From NCBI RefSeq assembly GCF_002571385.2, contig NW_019217982.1, positions 47,715-111,543 on the forward strand: a stretch of 63,829 nt of DNA, given 5' to 3'. The stretch is from Stylophora pistillata. Its lineage: Eukaryota. Below, in pieces: positions 50,316 to 62,520 of the stretch. The notes under the pieces are model-generated. The model was not told where the DNA came from. It searched no databases and was given only the letters and a program-made list of their open reading frames with translations. Position 1 is the first letter of the stretch. The number at the start of each line of letters is the position of its first letter. A program made the position numbers and the translations under genes.

Positions 50316-50443
50316 ATGTCTGTACATTGTAACATCCGGTTTCTTCTTACAAAATAAAGTCGAGAAGATTTGAGCCGTCTAGCTGGGGAAAAATCCCTTA
50401 CTAACTTGGGGACACTAAAGAAGAAAAAAGATATGAGATGATT

Positions 50444-50496
<53 letters not shown>

Positions 50497-53400
50497 TGCG
50501 CGCTCGTGGAATAATTGTTAAATATTCGCTCGTGTTTCTTTTCATAAACTTAAAACTCGTTACATATCCCGAAGCGTTAATTCCTGTGTTTTTAATAAAA
50601 ATAAGAAAACCAATAAAAGTGACGAATATCATGATCAGAAGATAATCACAGCACGAGACAAACAAAAGTGACAGGAACGCGCCAAGCGTGGAAGAGCATT
50701 TTATCCATTTTAAAGTTACCTTTAGCTCGCATCATTTTATTGGTTGAGACGACAAAGCAATCTTCAAGAGCCAATAACAGAGCTTGTTAAATAAAAACAT
50801 GCGAATCCGGAAAAATTATATACATATATCTGTGTGATTTCTTTCTTATCTTAGTTCAGAACGGTTAAACCTTAAAAATCAAGCCGCGTTTTATTCCCAT
50901 GCCATTTCAGATTTTCTTAGATTGCACGCTATTAAACAAATAAATGTAAATAAATATGTAGAAAACTATCAGTCGAGTTAATTATACAGAACGGAGGTTT
51001 TGATATGTAAATTACACTGGCGTACATGAGCGAAGCTTGACTTTCGCTTTCCTGAGTGATGGCAAACACAGCTTTTGTGGGGATGACAGAAAGACACAAC
51101 ACTGTAAAAAAAGCCAAAAAAAATCGCTCACAATGTCTGCGACAAATTGTTAGAATCTATACATCGTCGAATCGGCCTGAACGTTGTGATATATTACACT
51201 GATAGTAGAAAAGCGCTTTCAAATCGTACATATGTTTTTGGGAAAAAAAAGTATTTGGTTAGCTGTCGAGAGCGTTAAGTTCTCACTCACACACAAAAAC
51301 CACTAATGGTTCTTTTTCAAGCTTTGAAGATGGACCAAACAGATTTATTGTATTCAAGATTAACATAATCGATATCCTCTCTATCAGTGTTACATTAAGT
51401 ACTGCGATCGCTCCAAAGTCCAAACAATTCTTTCAGTGTTTTCTTCACAGCTGCGCGAAACTCTCGTATTCTCCAGCAAAACAAGACAGGATTTATACTA
51501 GAGTTCATGAACATAACAGATGTTGTGAAATTGAAGGCTAAGTGCATAGAGTAACTGCGTCCAATCAATAAGAACAATATAGATGTGCAGATAAGAGGTA
51601 AATAGCACAGTAACATGAGAAACCATATAACAAACATGTTATAGAATGACTTTTGGAACTTTCTCATTCTCAATTTGTTCTTTCTATTAATAATAATAAT
51701 GTCACTTTGCGCGTTGGTGTCTGTATTGATTCTATCGTGATCAACAATGGTGACAGGGTTGCCAGTCATTTCATGAGTCATTTCTTGTGTTGTCTGTCTC
51801 ATGGAAGCTGCTACTGTTGTAAACAAACGATTCTGATTCTTTTTAGATCCATTAAAATGGATTTCGCCTTCTGATGATCGGCTTTCGTTATGCTTCTCTT
51901 CAAGAACGAAATTTTCTCCTTCCATCTGATTGCTTGGAGGAGCTTTTCGATCTGCTCTCAAAGAATTAAAAGCTGTCATTTCGATTGGGCATTCGTGGTT
52001 CATTTTACTACTTGTTTCTCCCTTCCTTCTTCCTTCATTCACATCCACTCTTATCAACTTTTCGTTTCCTTCTTCGATTTGCCGTACATCAATTTCCCCT
52101 TCTCGTGAATGGTCCAGTGTCCTTTCCCCAAGATGGGCAATTGTGCTTCCGAATCTCAGATGCATCTCCTTCTCCTGTTCCTGACCTTTATCTTCAACAA
52201 TTTTCAATTCGCCATCAAATCGGACGTTTTCCAAGTCTTCTTTTGAATCAAAGCATCCATGATTCTCACGGGAGACAAATGATGCCTTCGTCTGCAATTG
52301 CTTGTTGTTCTTGACCGGATTTTCACCGTCAGGTATTTGATAGTGTTCTTCACTTTTTTCGGCAATTTGTTTGTCATCTCTTCGCATCACATTTCGTCTA
52401 TTTCCATCGATCTCTTTGGTAGCTTCTCTTTGATTTCCCCTTATTTCCTCTCCCTGAAAAGAGGTACCCATCGAGTCCACTTCTCCCCCGTAGGTGAACG
52501 ATGATATTTCACCAACCTGATGACTGGAAATTTGTCGCTGGTGGTAGCGCAAAATTTGGAATATCCTTACGTAAGACAACAACGCGACAACCAAAGCGAG
52601 AGAGTTAGCGCACGCCAACACAGTGTTCTGCTCGTCGATGGCCCACTCAAACATGGAAGCGAAAGCCAAGCTGAATACAAGCAAAATAGCGATCAAAATA
52701 ACAACTCTTTGCTTGGTCACGATGGAGGTATATTTCATGTGAAGATGAAGCGCCATTAATCGATCCAGAGATATTGCTGCTGCGGTCGAAAGCGACAGCG
52801 ACGTTAAAAGGAAAGAGACAAGGTTAAAGACATATCCTGCGTAACAGGACGTTACAGAGAGCGGATTGATTAAATAAGATATTTTGTATATCAAATAGAG
52901 AGGTTCGGCTATGAAGCCAACGCACAAATCGGCAACAGTCAAGTTGACTAAAAGAAAGTACGACGGCTGGCGAAGAAATTCAGGAGCTCTGCAAATGGAA
53001 ACCAAGATTAAAACGTTCCCTATGACAGATGTTATACTTAGAATTGACATAATAACGCAGTTTGCCAGATATGGGCCGAGCAATTCCCCTTCTTGAGGTA
53101 CAACTATGTTGAGATTTGCACACTGTCCAGCACCCATGGCCACCAGACTGCGAAATTCTTCATCAAAACCCTCTTGCTGTTGTCAAAATTGCACGAGGAT
53201 CCGTTTTGAATTCGGTTTTTTTCGAAGTTTGCCGTTCCAAGAAATGACCTGCTTCTTTGTCAACGCCAGGCAATATGAATGCAAGATTCAATTTTCATTA
53301 AAATCAAGTGTCCGGAAGACAATGAAAGCGATAGGAGCTCTTCGAACAATGTCGGTTCCCTTTCCTGAAATATGCAATGCGCCCACCAGTAAACAAACAC

Positions 53401-56400
53401 TATCCATAGGTTTGATACTGAAAAGTGGAAATCTTCGCTCCTAGATCCCAAAACCTTCCCGGTGAGTCGCGTTGGGTTGAATCTGATAAATCCTACCATC
53501 CAAATTGAGGTCTTTGCTATGGCAAAACTGTTGATTTTGAAGAGCAATCTTCATATCCATCAGTAAAAGAGCTCTTAGGCTTGCTTATGTAAATTTTAGT
53601 TTGCCTTTAAATTAAATATTCAACCCTTTCACTAGCGATCCAAAATGGATATGGGTAGTTAATTACTCGCGGAGAAAAATTGTCACTTCAAAGGTCGTTG
53701 GCCACACTGATCACATTCAAATTCAGTGAAAGAAAATTCGCAATGCCTGTCAAAAATATATCTTGTAAACCTTAAGTTTTTATATCAAAGAATTATTATA
53801 TCGGAAAGGTCTGCCAATTTTGCTTAATCCAGTGTCATATAACAGAAACGTCAATCACTGCCAAAAACTGGATAAATTAAAATAGCTTATAACTGTTTTA
53901 GAATTTAGAGGTTAAGCTCGCCCTTGATTATTGATTGGTACATTACAGTTCGTTTTTTAATTCATTAACAAGAGCTGAATACATTACTATGATTTTTTTT
54001 AGTTTTAGATTTGTGAAGAAAGCTTCTTCTCCTGTGGGCAACAGAGGACAAAATGCTACTGGATTCGCGACTGGTAACAAATGAACATGAAATATGAGTT
54101 TTGATAAATTCAAACGACAGCTGTTATTAGTTATAAACAATATTTTATTCAAATATATCCCACTGAGAGGCACCATCTCAATCTTTTCAACTGAATAATT
54201 GAATAAGCACGAGCTATGTATCATGTAACTCGAACCTTCTTTCTCTGTAGTTTTAATCTCGTTTGCAATTACTGGTATGTTGTGTCAAAATAAAAAAAAA
54301 TTAGTTTACAACGCTAATCCAAATTACAAGCAGTGTTGTTTGCCGGCCAATTTGGCAAGATTCTTGCCAGGGAAAAAAAAAACAGAGAGGAGCGAGTAAG
54401 GATGCAGATGCCCAGAACTCTAAATGCTTCTATAGAAAGAAGTACCCGTTCACCTACTGACCCAAATGTCATTTATATGCTTGAACCTACAAGGACCAAT
54501 GAAATCGATTTTTTTAGATAGCTTTATCCTTCAGTAGGAGATAAAATAAAGAAAGTCTTAATGCGACTGAAGCATCTTTGCAACTAAATTTTTGAAGAAG
54601 GACCTTTCCGACTTCGTTTCTCTCGTGTTCTTCATGTCAGCTCGTGTTCTTTTGAACCTGCCAGTGCTATCTCCCCAGCGCATCGAGATGAGGACAACTT
54701 CTCGTTGATTCTCATCGGAGATCTTTTCCAAGCATAACCTTTTACAAGTTATCTATGAGACCAAGGTACCTGGTCTCTCTGGAATAAATCTAAAATTATC
54801 TCACGTGCTCTGCTAACGAAAAGCCATTTTGCATTTCACGACAATGGACTTTTTATTTGGATTTTCATGGAGCCTTAATGACTGAGATGATACAAAAATA
54901 ACTTAATACGGATTCTAAAAAGAAGTAAAACCAATTGGGTAATACAGCCAATCCCTTAGCTACATTCTTTCTGATAGAATATATACTGAACATAAGGTGG
55001 TAAATAACTGATTTACCTGTCTTGTATGCACTGAAGGTGTCATCATCATCGCCACCACAAACAAGTGAAGAATTTGACCAACATCTTTCATTGCACGCTT
55101 ACTTGGGTTCAGACGAGGTTAGGTTGGAGTTCGAGCATTTGCAGGTTTTTCCCCTTATGTAAGCCCAATTTAATTTTCTTCCACGGCAAACCTCGATGCA
55201 TTTTGATGGTGAAGCTTCATGGGCTTTCATAGTCTCATCTTGGGAGTTGGATATATTACTACCATTCACACATCCTTCATAGCTTTCGCTGACTTCAATA
55301 ACTGTTAAAAAAGAAGAGGAAAACTCAGCGAAATCTGTCTGACTGTAATGAGGGAGTTGGTTTTTTCGTCCAGTAAGGATTTGGTTTTTTATTAAATAAA
55401 GTTGCTGATCGACCCCTCCCTTAGGAAGGAAGTTGTACACAGAATAAAAACGATCGAGACAAGTTCTTTCTGGTTGAGTGGTAGACCACGCTACCCATTA
55501 AAAAAAATATAAAATATTCTAAAAACCTGGGGGAACGCGGAAAGGAGAAAATGGGTTGAGAATAAGCTGACAAGGATACCTGCATCGAGATTGTCATATT
55601 GACCTCGTGGTACCATAATTATATGATGACCAGGCATTGCCATTCCTCAAGCTATTTCGAGTACATCCATTCCGAAAAGATTAGCTGTTCGACAGGTTAA
55701 ATAATGGAATTGCATACCCTGATTGGGACTTAAGACTTCGAAGAACATACTCTTTTTATACCCCGTTTGGCAGCACATAGCCAGCCAATGGGAAATGGAG
55801 AGTCACCGATGCGATTCAAATTTTTCATTTCGGTTTTTGGAGACTGGGAGGAGGGAAGGGGGGAGGCGATGACAAATTCGTTCTTGATAAATTACGGAAG
55901 ACTACAGAAGAAAAAACATCAAAGTGCACTGTAATCTCAGGGATCCAGTCCAGAAAAATCTAACCATAAATATTTCGGTTCTACATCACTACCCGTTTTA
56001 CAAAAAGCCGTCAAAGTAAAGAAAAAAATTATTGATCTCGTCGCGAGAGTGGGACAAAGAGAAAAGCGTTTGTATAACATCTCTTCTTACAGTTTCCACG
56101 AGAAAATGATTACCTTCCGCTGGATATCCGTACTGCGTCACATCTGTAAAGGATTGGAAGAATTTAATTATTCATGGTGTCTATCAAGTTCACAACGGCA
56201 CCTCGATACTTCCATTAAAAAAATTATTGTTTTTTTACCCTCGCAATATAACCGTGTTCACCAAAAATGTAACTAATTTTGACTACTGAACAATCGGCTA
56301 CATGGCAGAAACTGAAAGTTCAATTCTTGCTGTCTGCCCGGCCGTTCGTATGGAGCATGGTAAACTGACGCTGTCCATTGAAAGTAGAGCAGTTAAAACT

Positions 56401-59400
56401 TAAAATTGATAACATACTGTCGATAACCACCAGGCCGTTGTCTCCATCAGTGGAACCAGTTCCACCCGCAGTGCTGTCATTCGCAGATAGTCTTTCAGTT
56501 CCAAGTGGTGCGCCATTGCTAAAGATTGCGATTACCCCTCCTCCCCCTCCCCCACGGCGGATAGATCTGCTGCCATTTATTGCATGTGCGTCTGCTCCCG
56601 TGGCTTCCAGTCTCGCATTGTCACCGAGGATCACATGCTTTGAAACAAAGAAAAGGGAACAAATTAATTCTCTCAGGTCAGAGTTAACAGTTTTTTCTAC
56701 GTGAATCTGCAAATATTATAAAGAATCTCAACTCATCGCAATTAGGCGAACAGCAGTCAATAAAAGAGTAATTGGCTTGGAGACAAATCATGACTAAATT
56801 TAACTGATTTTCTCAAGTTGATATCTCTATACACGTCAACTCTCGACAAACAAAGAAGAAAAGCACATTTCATTAAGTAAATTTTTCACATCATAGCCCA
56901 CCCACGTCTCTTTCTTTGTTTGTTCCAATCAAATATTTTAAGTCTTTATCTCGTCAGTCAATTTATGTTTTCTACTTATTCATTCACCTTTCTAGATCTG
57001 AGAATAATTGTTCCACCACTGCTTCCACCCATACTAGCTTTGGATTCAAATGTGGCAGTCTCACCATTAGCGCTGATCACAGCATCTGAAACACAATGAA
57101 AACAATCTTTACCTCACTATCTAACGACTGAAACACAATGAAAACAATCTTTACCTCACTATCTAACGACAATTTTGGCAATTTGCGATTACCATGCATA
57201 TTACAGCACGGAGGGCACCCGTAACCCTTGACAAATGCAAGAATGTTGCACTTTGGAGGAGATGTAGCAAGTTTTGTCAAAAAGGACCCAGCTAACTTCT
57301 CAGTGGAAAACAGCCAAATTTTCATGTTGCCAATATCGATTCTTTATATGGGAGAAAGCCTGAAATGCTAAAGGAAAAAGGTGAAAGATAAGCAATTGTG
57401 GTTTAGGTTGCTTCTACAGCGGTTCGAGATGAATAGACTAGAGCGGATCCGTAACTAAAAAAATCTAGCTTATGTTATTTGTAGATTCAAGAGAGTAAAT
57501 TCTTCAATTCGTTATGATCAACACACTATATTTACCGATTGTTAAGTTCTTTTCTGAGGAAATTTCGATGGCTCCGCCACCACAACCAATCACCAGATTG
57601 GAATCTTGAGTGGTACCTGTAAGATATGGTTGAAGTTTAATTGGAAGGAATAAATTGGGAAAGGTCCCTTGCCTGTCAGGAAGCTCGCGTTTGAAACGCC
57701 GAGCGACAGAAAATCACTTTTGACACTCGAGTTAAACATTCAGTGTAGGAAAAACACGGGATACTTCATTTTATCTCCGTATTAGTTTCTAAGTTCAGAC
57801 TTTCACCGCGATTATTCTGGCCGAAATTACTTGAAAAATGTCGAAAAATACCCCGAAAGACACAACTTTAAGTCGCTTCTTTTATTGCGCACATAGGCGA
57901 GCTCAAATGACAGAGAGTATTTGTTACTTTGACAACCTTCCACATCTTCTCCTTTCACATCCGCAATCAAATTACATCGAAGGGAAAAATTCGAAGCTCA
58001 CTTCTTTGAAAACCCACCGGATTACAATATCTGGAAGTTGTTTTTTGTGTATTGTGTTGTGGTTCGATTTTATCCTTGGTTTAAAATTTATTTTCCATTG
58101 TTTCAACCCTATTATCATACATTACCATAACCAAAAACAATGGAAAATAAAATTTAAACCAAGGATAAGATTGAACCACAACATATGCATTCAAAGGACG
58201 AATTAAACAGCAGTTTGTTTATGATAATTGAAAAACGACGGAAGAAAGGAGTCAGTCTTTGTTTGTGATGGTCACTTACAATGATTTGACGAGCAATTCG
58301 ACGTTCCTGTAGTTAACAAAGTTAGAATTAGCAAAAGAAACTGAGATCTCTAAAAAGCTTTGCTCGCTGGAAGGTAGCAAAGACCTAACAATACAAACAA
58401 TCGGCTAACTGTCTGACATGAAGGCTCACCGTCTAGGCTGACTGATTGCCATTGAATCAACAGGCGAATGAATGATTTGTTTAGCGGTTAAACTTCGTCA
58501 ATGGGTTAATGAAAAAAACATCAAAGGACGGGCCAAATTTATAAAGCGCATAATAGACAGAGAGAAAAACCACCTCAATCATTCATTTAACGACTGACCG
58601 ACGAGACGACCTCGCCACCAATGCAGACAATGTCTGACTTCAATTATAATAGACTCCCTGATTAATACTACCGCTTAGGGAATTAAATTTTCTCGACTGT
58701 GGTGATGGCTCTCAGGTTTTTGTCACCGTTCGTTTATAACAACATTGAACTACTTGGGTTTATTGACTGACACCAATATAACTCTACAATTCAGCTGAAA
58801 ATGCAAATAAGAACATTCTATAGTTCTCACCAGTGCTTCCACCAATAAGGAGTACATCAGGCTGTATTCCATATGTTTTACTATAAATAGTCGTATCATC
58901 TTCAAACAATAAGCCGCCCTTTCCGCCATGCCCCGCCCCTGCATTTTTGCCAGGCTGCCCACGCCCAGGGCCTTCTCCGTCTGTTGAAAATGAAAAAAAA
59001 GAGATATTTCATGTTCGTTGGAAGTCGATTTTATCAATGAATGATAAGGATTAGTTCGAAGCCACATGGTTAAGTTGTAAATTTAAATTTGGTTGATTCT
59101 GACGACACTTTTACGACTAAGTTAACCATGATATCTACAAATCATAACAGCCTTAATACGGGTGCCAGAACAACTTGGCATTGAACAATGGAAAAAGGAC
59201 AGAACCAGGCAGGGAGAAGAAGATAAACNNNNNNNNNNNNNNNNNNNNNNNNNNNNNNNNNNNNNNNNNNNNNNNNNNNNNNNNNNNNNNNNNNNNNNNN
59301 NNNNNNNNNNNNNNNNNNNNNNNNNNNNNNNNNNNNTAAACCCGTGATGTGATGAATCAATGAATTTGAATATATGAAAATCATAAATTTGTACTGCGGT

Positions 59401-62173
59401 TATAAGAAATGTATGGAGGTGATCCTCGCAGTGATGAACACTACTTGTGCAGTAGTGAAGGTAAGGCCTGAAAAAATTCAGGCCCATACGGGATATGCGA
59501 CAGGAGGAAGGAGTACTAATTAGATATGAAGAGGTACAGAGTTTTCTCACTATTTTCTCACCATTTTTCACTGCATTACCGCAGTAGGGTAGGACTAGAA
59601 CGGAACATATGCGATCCGTGCGAGTAGCCCATCCATTAAATCCCACCCATCCCATCCCAGGGGAGGACATCCATCACACACTAATCTCGTGCGTGAGAAA
59701 TTATACGCTTTTCAGGGTTGTCACCCTTTTTCACAAACAGTTTTTTAGGACTCCAAAGACTCAGGCGATCAAACTAATCCTTCTACTCTGAGGAGTAATC
59801 AAATTTCTTCTTACAATGTTAGATGAAGGGTGATGACGATAAAGGAAAACAGACATGTCAAATATACATGTAGGTTGAACATGAATGCCAAATTCCAGGT
59901 TTTCATCACTTTCAAGGATCATAAGTCCTTTTTCTGAAACTATCCCGTTGTGTAAAATTCGCATGAAGTTCGATGACTTTCCAGTTTTCCTGGATCCCCT
60001 CAAAGCCTTGTTTCATGCACAAGATCGTTAACTGGTCTTAACTTTTTAGTGGATAAGTCATTCGCATCAATTTTCCGATTGAAACATGGAAAGAAATAAG
60101 TTACCTTTTTGCTCTTTGCCTGTGACGCAGTATCCACCGACTCGTTTGCCCAAAGTTGCTTTGGACTCTTTCAAATTTATGTCCACTCCTATGTAGATAC
60201 CCTCCTTGCTTTTCACCAGAAGTGAGTGTAACCCAAAAACCCTAACCTTTGCGGAGCCATTGATTAGAATCGGTGTCTGGAACTCGAATTTGGAAACATT
60301 GTATTCAGTATGAGAGTTTCGTAAGTACCGTGTTTCGATTTCGCCATAGTACGAATATGCCATGGAACCGTTCATTGCTGCCAATTTGTGCATCCACCTG
60401 GCGTTTGTGGTGTCAATTTCCAAGTATCCCTCCTGAATGTATTGTACTTGATAGGTGGCTTTCGTGGAAACTAAAACAAAAAAATAAATATAGTTGAATT
60501 CCTTTCCCCTTTCACTCCCACAAAGGTAGAAAATTGAACAAGCGACGCTATGGCGAGCGGAATTGCCTTAAAGCTAATTTCAACTTTGGTAACGAAGCTG
60601 TTGTCTTAAATGAAACTCAAGATGTCATTTTTAAGGTGTTGCGTCATATTCATAACACAACAGCGTTGTCAATGGTGAGTGCGCATCCAAATCCTCGGGC
60701 GGGGCATCCTGTTGGGATACATGATCTCAACATGAAGCATAGACTGCATTACTCCCTCCGTTATCTGTCTTGCCAGACAGGCACCAGGGAGTGTTGCATT
60801 CTGGGTTCATGATAATTAGCCTAACAAAATTCTTGTGGTATACAGTTTTTCATGAAACAAATTTTATTTTTGATTTTCGAATGAAATTCAAATGCAGAAA
60901 TGATCCTTGGAGGTGAACTGCAATTTAAGTAGTTATAGAAAAGGGTACGAACAAATCTGACACACTGCTTACGTAGCTCAGTTAGTAGCGCCTAACGAGT
61001 ATCACGGGTTCGAATCACGTCAAAGCCTGAATTTTATCAGGCCTCTTATCGGAAATTGCTTAAATTCCAGTTCACCTGCGATGATCATTTATTTACTGAC
61101 TTTTGAGTTCTACTCACCAAGGATGTTAACAAGACCAAATGTCTTGCCAGTTATGTCAAATTTAGATTCGCACAGGCCATCCACATCAGCATCACTCCTT
61201 AGCTGAACCACACCGCCACCTGCACCAGAGCCGCGAGCTGTCAGCAGGGCACCTCTCCTCAGAAGGATCTGGAGATAAAAGAGGATTTTGCATGACAAAT
61301 TGCATTTTCCCTCCGTAAAACGTACTGATCCAGACGCATTCTACAAATATCAATACGCATTCTACGTATTGAAAAATTTTCTTTCGAGCGTTTTTCGATT
61401 GAGCGTCGTAAAACCAGTTCTGAAGTAATTATAATGGCTAAACAAAAGAACGGAAAATACCTTCTTCGGCCAAAGGGAACTCAAAATAAAAACCTACATG
61501 CGGAAAAACGCGGGCGACCAAGTCGTGCTAAGTGTTAGTTTTACACCTGACTAGTGGACAAAGTGGCGCAGGTTTTTCTGGACCAATCACAGACGGAAGT
61601 AAAGGAGGGCCAAGGCAATCCCGGATTGCTTGCGACACTCAATTGAAACCTGCTGTTATGATTGATCATCGAACCTTTTTGGCGTGTAAACGAATAGTCC
61701 CACCCATGGCACCAGCTTAATCAGCGTTATTAGAGAAACCATTCGCAGAGATGGTTGCATCTGCAGAGACAAAAAGTAAAATTTTTCACTCATTCTTCAA
61801 TATTTTAAGGTTAAGTAGTTNTNNNNNTNNCNCTTTNTNNNNNNNNNNNNNTNTNNNNNNNNNNNNAGNNNANNNNNNNNNNNTNNNNNNCNNNAANNTN
61901 TCTNTTNANNNNTNNNNNANNNNNNNNNCTNTNNNNNNNAANNNNNANNNNGNNNNTANANNAATAAGTGTTGGTTTGCCTCCCGTTTCTGCAACATGCA
62001 GTAGGCTTAAATCTACATATTTATTCCTCCTTGCCCTTCACGCAGTTTTTAAAAGGCCTTGAGAGAGATCAAACGATTTTTCAAAATTTTCATACCTATG
62101 ACAATTGCTTCAGACTCTGCTCTCAACTCCAGGGCCCCTCCTCCAACAGCTCTAAATGCTTCGCTATGGTTGC
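38826..62173 (-). CDS. Adhesion GPCR (Gly-rich repeats, WSC, mucin stalk, GAIN/GPS, 7TM); 5' end not located; two in-frame TAA stops, so possibly a pseudogene or null allele
   Basis: 31 phase-consistent exons: 62173-62096, 61760-61675, 61268-61118, 60470-60105, 58980-58831, 57616-57536, 57085-56988, 56637-56418, 56143-56114, 55301-55017 (WSC), 49597-49245 (mucin), 48970-48779, 48283-48194, 48065-47960, 47612-47475, 47196-47112, 46623-46515, 46258-46212, 46095-45975 (WSHKGC...[13 protein letters not shown]), 45653-45550, 45304-45202, 44691-44541, 44307-44241, 43989-43923, 43497-43409, 43158-43032, 42359-42318, 41955-41860, 41436-41349, 40928-40891, 39017-38826. Family-B motifs [38 protein letters not shown]. 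The last two exons are less certain. Confidence 0.88.
39270..39442. repeat. Degenerate A-rich minisatellite (ATCGAGAGAGAAATTAAAA-like units)
   Basis: About six imperfect units containing aatcgag...aaattaaaa. Confidence 0.55.
44894..44927 (+). ncRNA. Minimal type-I hammerhead ribozyme-like motif in a Penelope-associated repeat
   Basis: GCT-CTGACGA-A-GGGC(TAAC)GCTC-GAAACGTC-ACC: intact CUGANGA and GAAA core boxes, 4-bp stem II, palindromic ACGU stem III, GUC cleavage triplet; stem I has a mismatch. Confidence 0.6.
49395..49490 (-). repeat. 21-bp coding tandem repeat (AASSNIS) in the mucin-like exon
   Basis: ggaagctgcagagatgttcga repeated 3 times plus degenerate flanking copies. Confidence 0.85.
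50226..50522. repeat. Probable interspersed repeat with a subterminal GC-rich hairpin
   Basis: TAGCCAACTCGGCGCTACGCGCCTCGTTGGCTA palindrome near the 3' end; non-coding; family assignment uncertain. Confidence 0.45.
51395..53137 (-). CDS. Intronless rhodopsin-class (class A) orphan GPCR, 580 aa, nested in an adhesion-GPCR intron
   Basis: Single ORF with first ATG at 53137. GN (TM1), LTVADL (TM2), ISLDR (TM3), LCYLP (TM6), [12 protein letters not shown] (TM7), helix 8 EFRAA; ~300-aa third intracellular loop. Confidence 0.93.
   Translation of the reverse strand: MGAGQCANLNIVVPQEGELLGPYLANCVIMSILSITSVIGNVLILVSICRAPEFLRQPSYFLLVNLTVADLCVGFIAEPLYLIYKISYLINPLSVTSCYAGYVFNLVSFLLTSLSLSTAAAISLDRLMALHLHMKYTSIVTKQRVVILIAILLVFSLAFASMFEWAIDEQNTVLACANSLALVVALLSYVRIFQILRYHQRQISSHQVGEISSFTYGGEVDSMGTSFQGEEIRGNQREATKEIDGNRRNVMRRDDKQIAEKSEEHYQIPDGENPVKNNKQLQTKASFVSRENHGCFDSKEDLENVRFDGELKIVEDKGQEQEKEMHLRFGSTIAHLGERTLDHSREGEIDVRQIEEGNEKLIRVDVNEGRRKGETSSKMNHECPIEMTAFNSLRADRKAPPSNQMEGENFVLEEKHNESRSSEGEIHFNGSKKNQNRLFTTVAASMRQTTQEMTHEMTGNPVTIVDHDRINTDTNAQSDIIIINRKNKLRMRKFQKSFYNMFVIWFLMLLCYLPLICTSILFLLIGRSYSMHLAFNFTTSVMFMNSSINPVLFCWRIREFRAAVKKTLKELFGLWSDRST
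57086..57169. repeat. Exact 42-bp tandem duplication covering a splice acceptor
   Basis: ctgaaacacaatgaaaacaatctttacctcactatctaacga occurs twice, abutting exon 57085-56988. Confidence 0.92.
58055..58183. mobile_element. Palindromic MITE-like element (~49-bp arms)
   Basis: tgttgtggttcgattttatccttggtttaaa... pairs with ...tttaaaccaaggataagattgaaccacaaca. Confidence 0.7.
60890..61090 (+). repeat. Repeat with an internal tRNA-like segment and inverted ends; related fragments at about 27120-27250 and 59370-59490
   Basis: GTAGCTCAGTTAGTAG...GGGTTCGAATCAC followed by AGCCTGAATTTTATCAGGC; ends aaatgatc...gatcattt. Confidence 0.5.
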
Positions 62174-62462
62174 CTGTAAATTCAGTTGATAAAAACACTT
62201 TAGAATGTACTTAGTAATAGAATTGTAGAATGTATTTAGTTCAAGATATGGGGAAAAAGATATGGGGGAAAAATTAGCGTGGAGAATCGAACTCTGTTTC
62301 GTTGTTTGTGATATCATCAAACATTTAAGCGATAGAACACTTTTTTCCGGACTCTATATCGTGATAACGCCACGCGGAATTTTGGGAAAACACGAGGAAC
62401 GCTTATAAATCACAAACCAAAGGCGAGTAATTATAAATTTTCCGAGTGTTCTTCCAACATCC

Positions 62463-62520
62463 CAAGTGACTTTATCACGTGACAAGTGACTTTATCACGT
62501 GACAAGTGACTTTATCACGT
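62463..62520. repeat. 20-bp tandem repeat, about 3 copies
   Basis: caagtgactttatcacgtga repeated. Confidence 0.85.

Noticed and set aside
53137-55017. In-frame chimera of the host WSC exon spliced onto the nested class A GPCR
   Set aside because: The WSC exon ends in phase 1, whereas the two plausible acceptors just upstream of the nested ATG need phase 2 or phase 0.
55099-55101. Selenocysteine or programmed readthrough explaining the in-frame stops
   Set aside because: Both are UAA, not UGA; UAA-G is an efficient terminator context and I saw no SECIS-like element.
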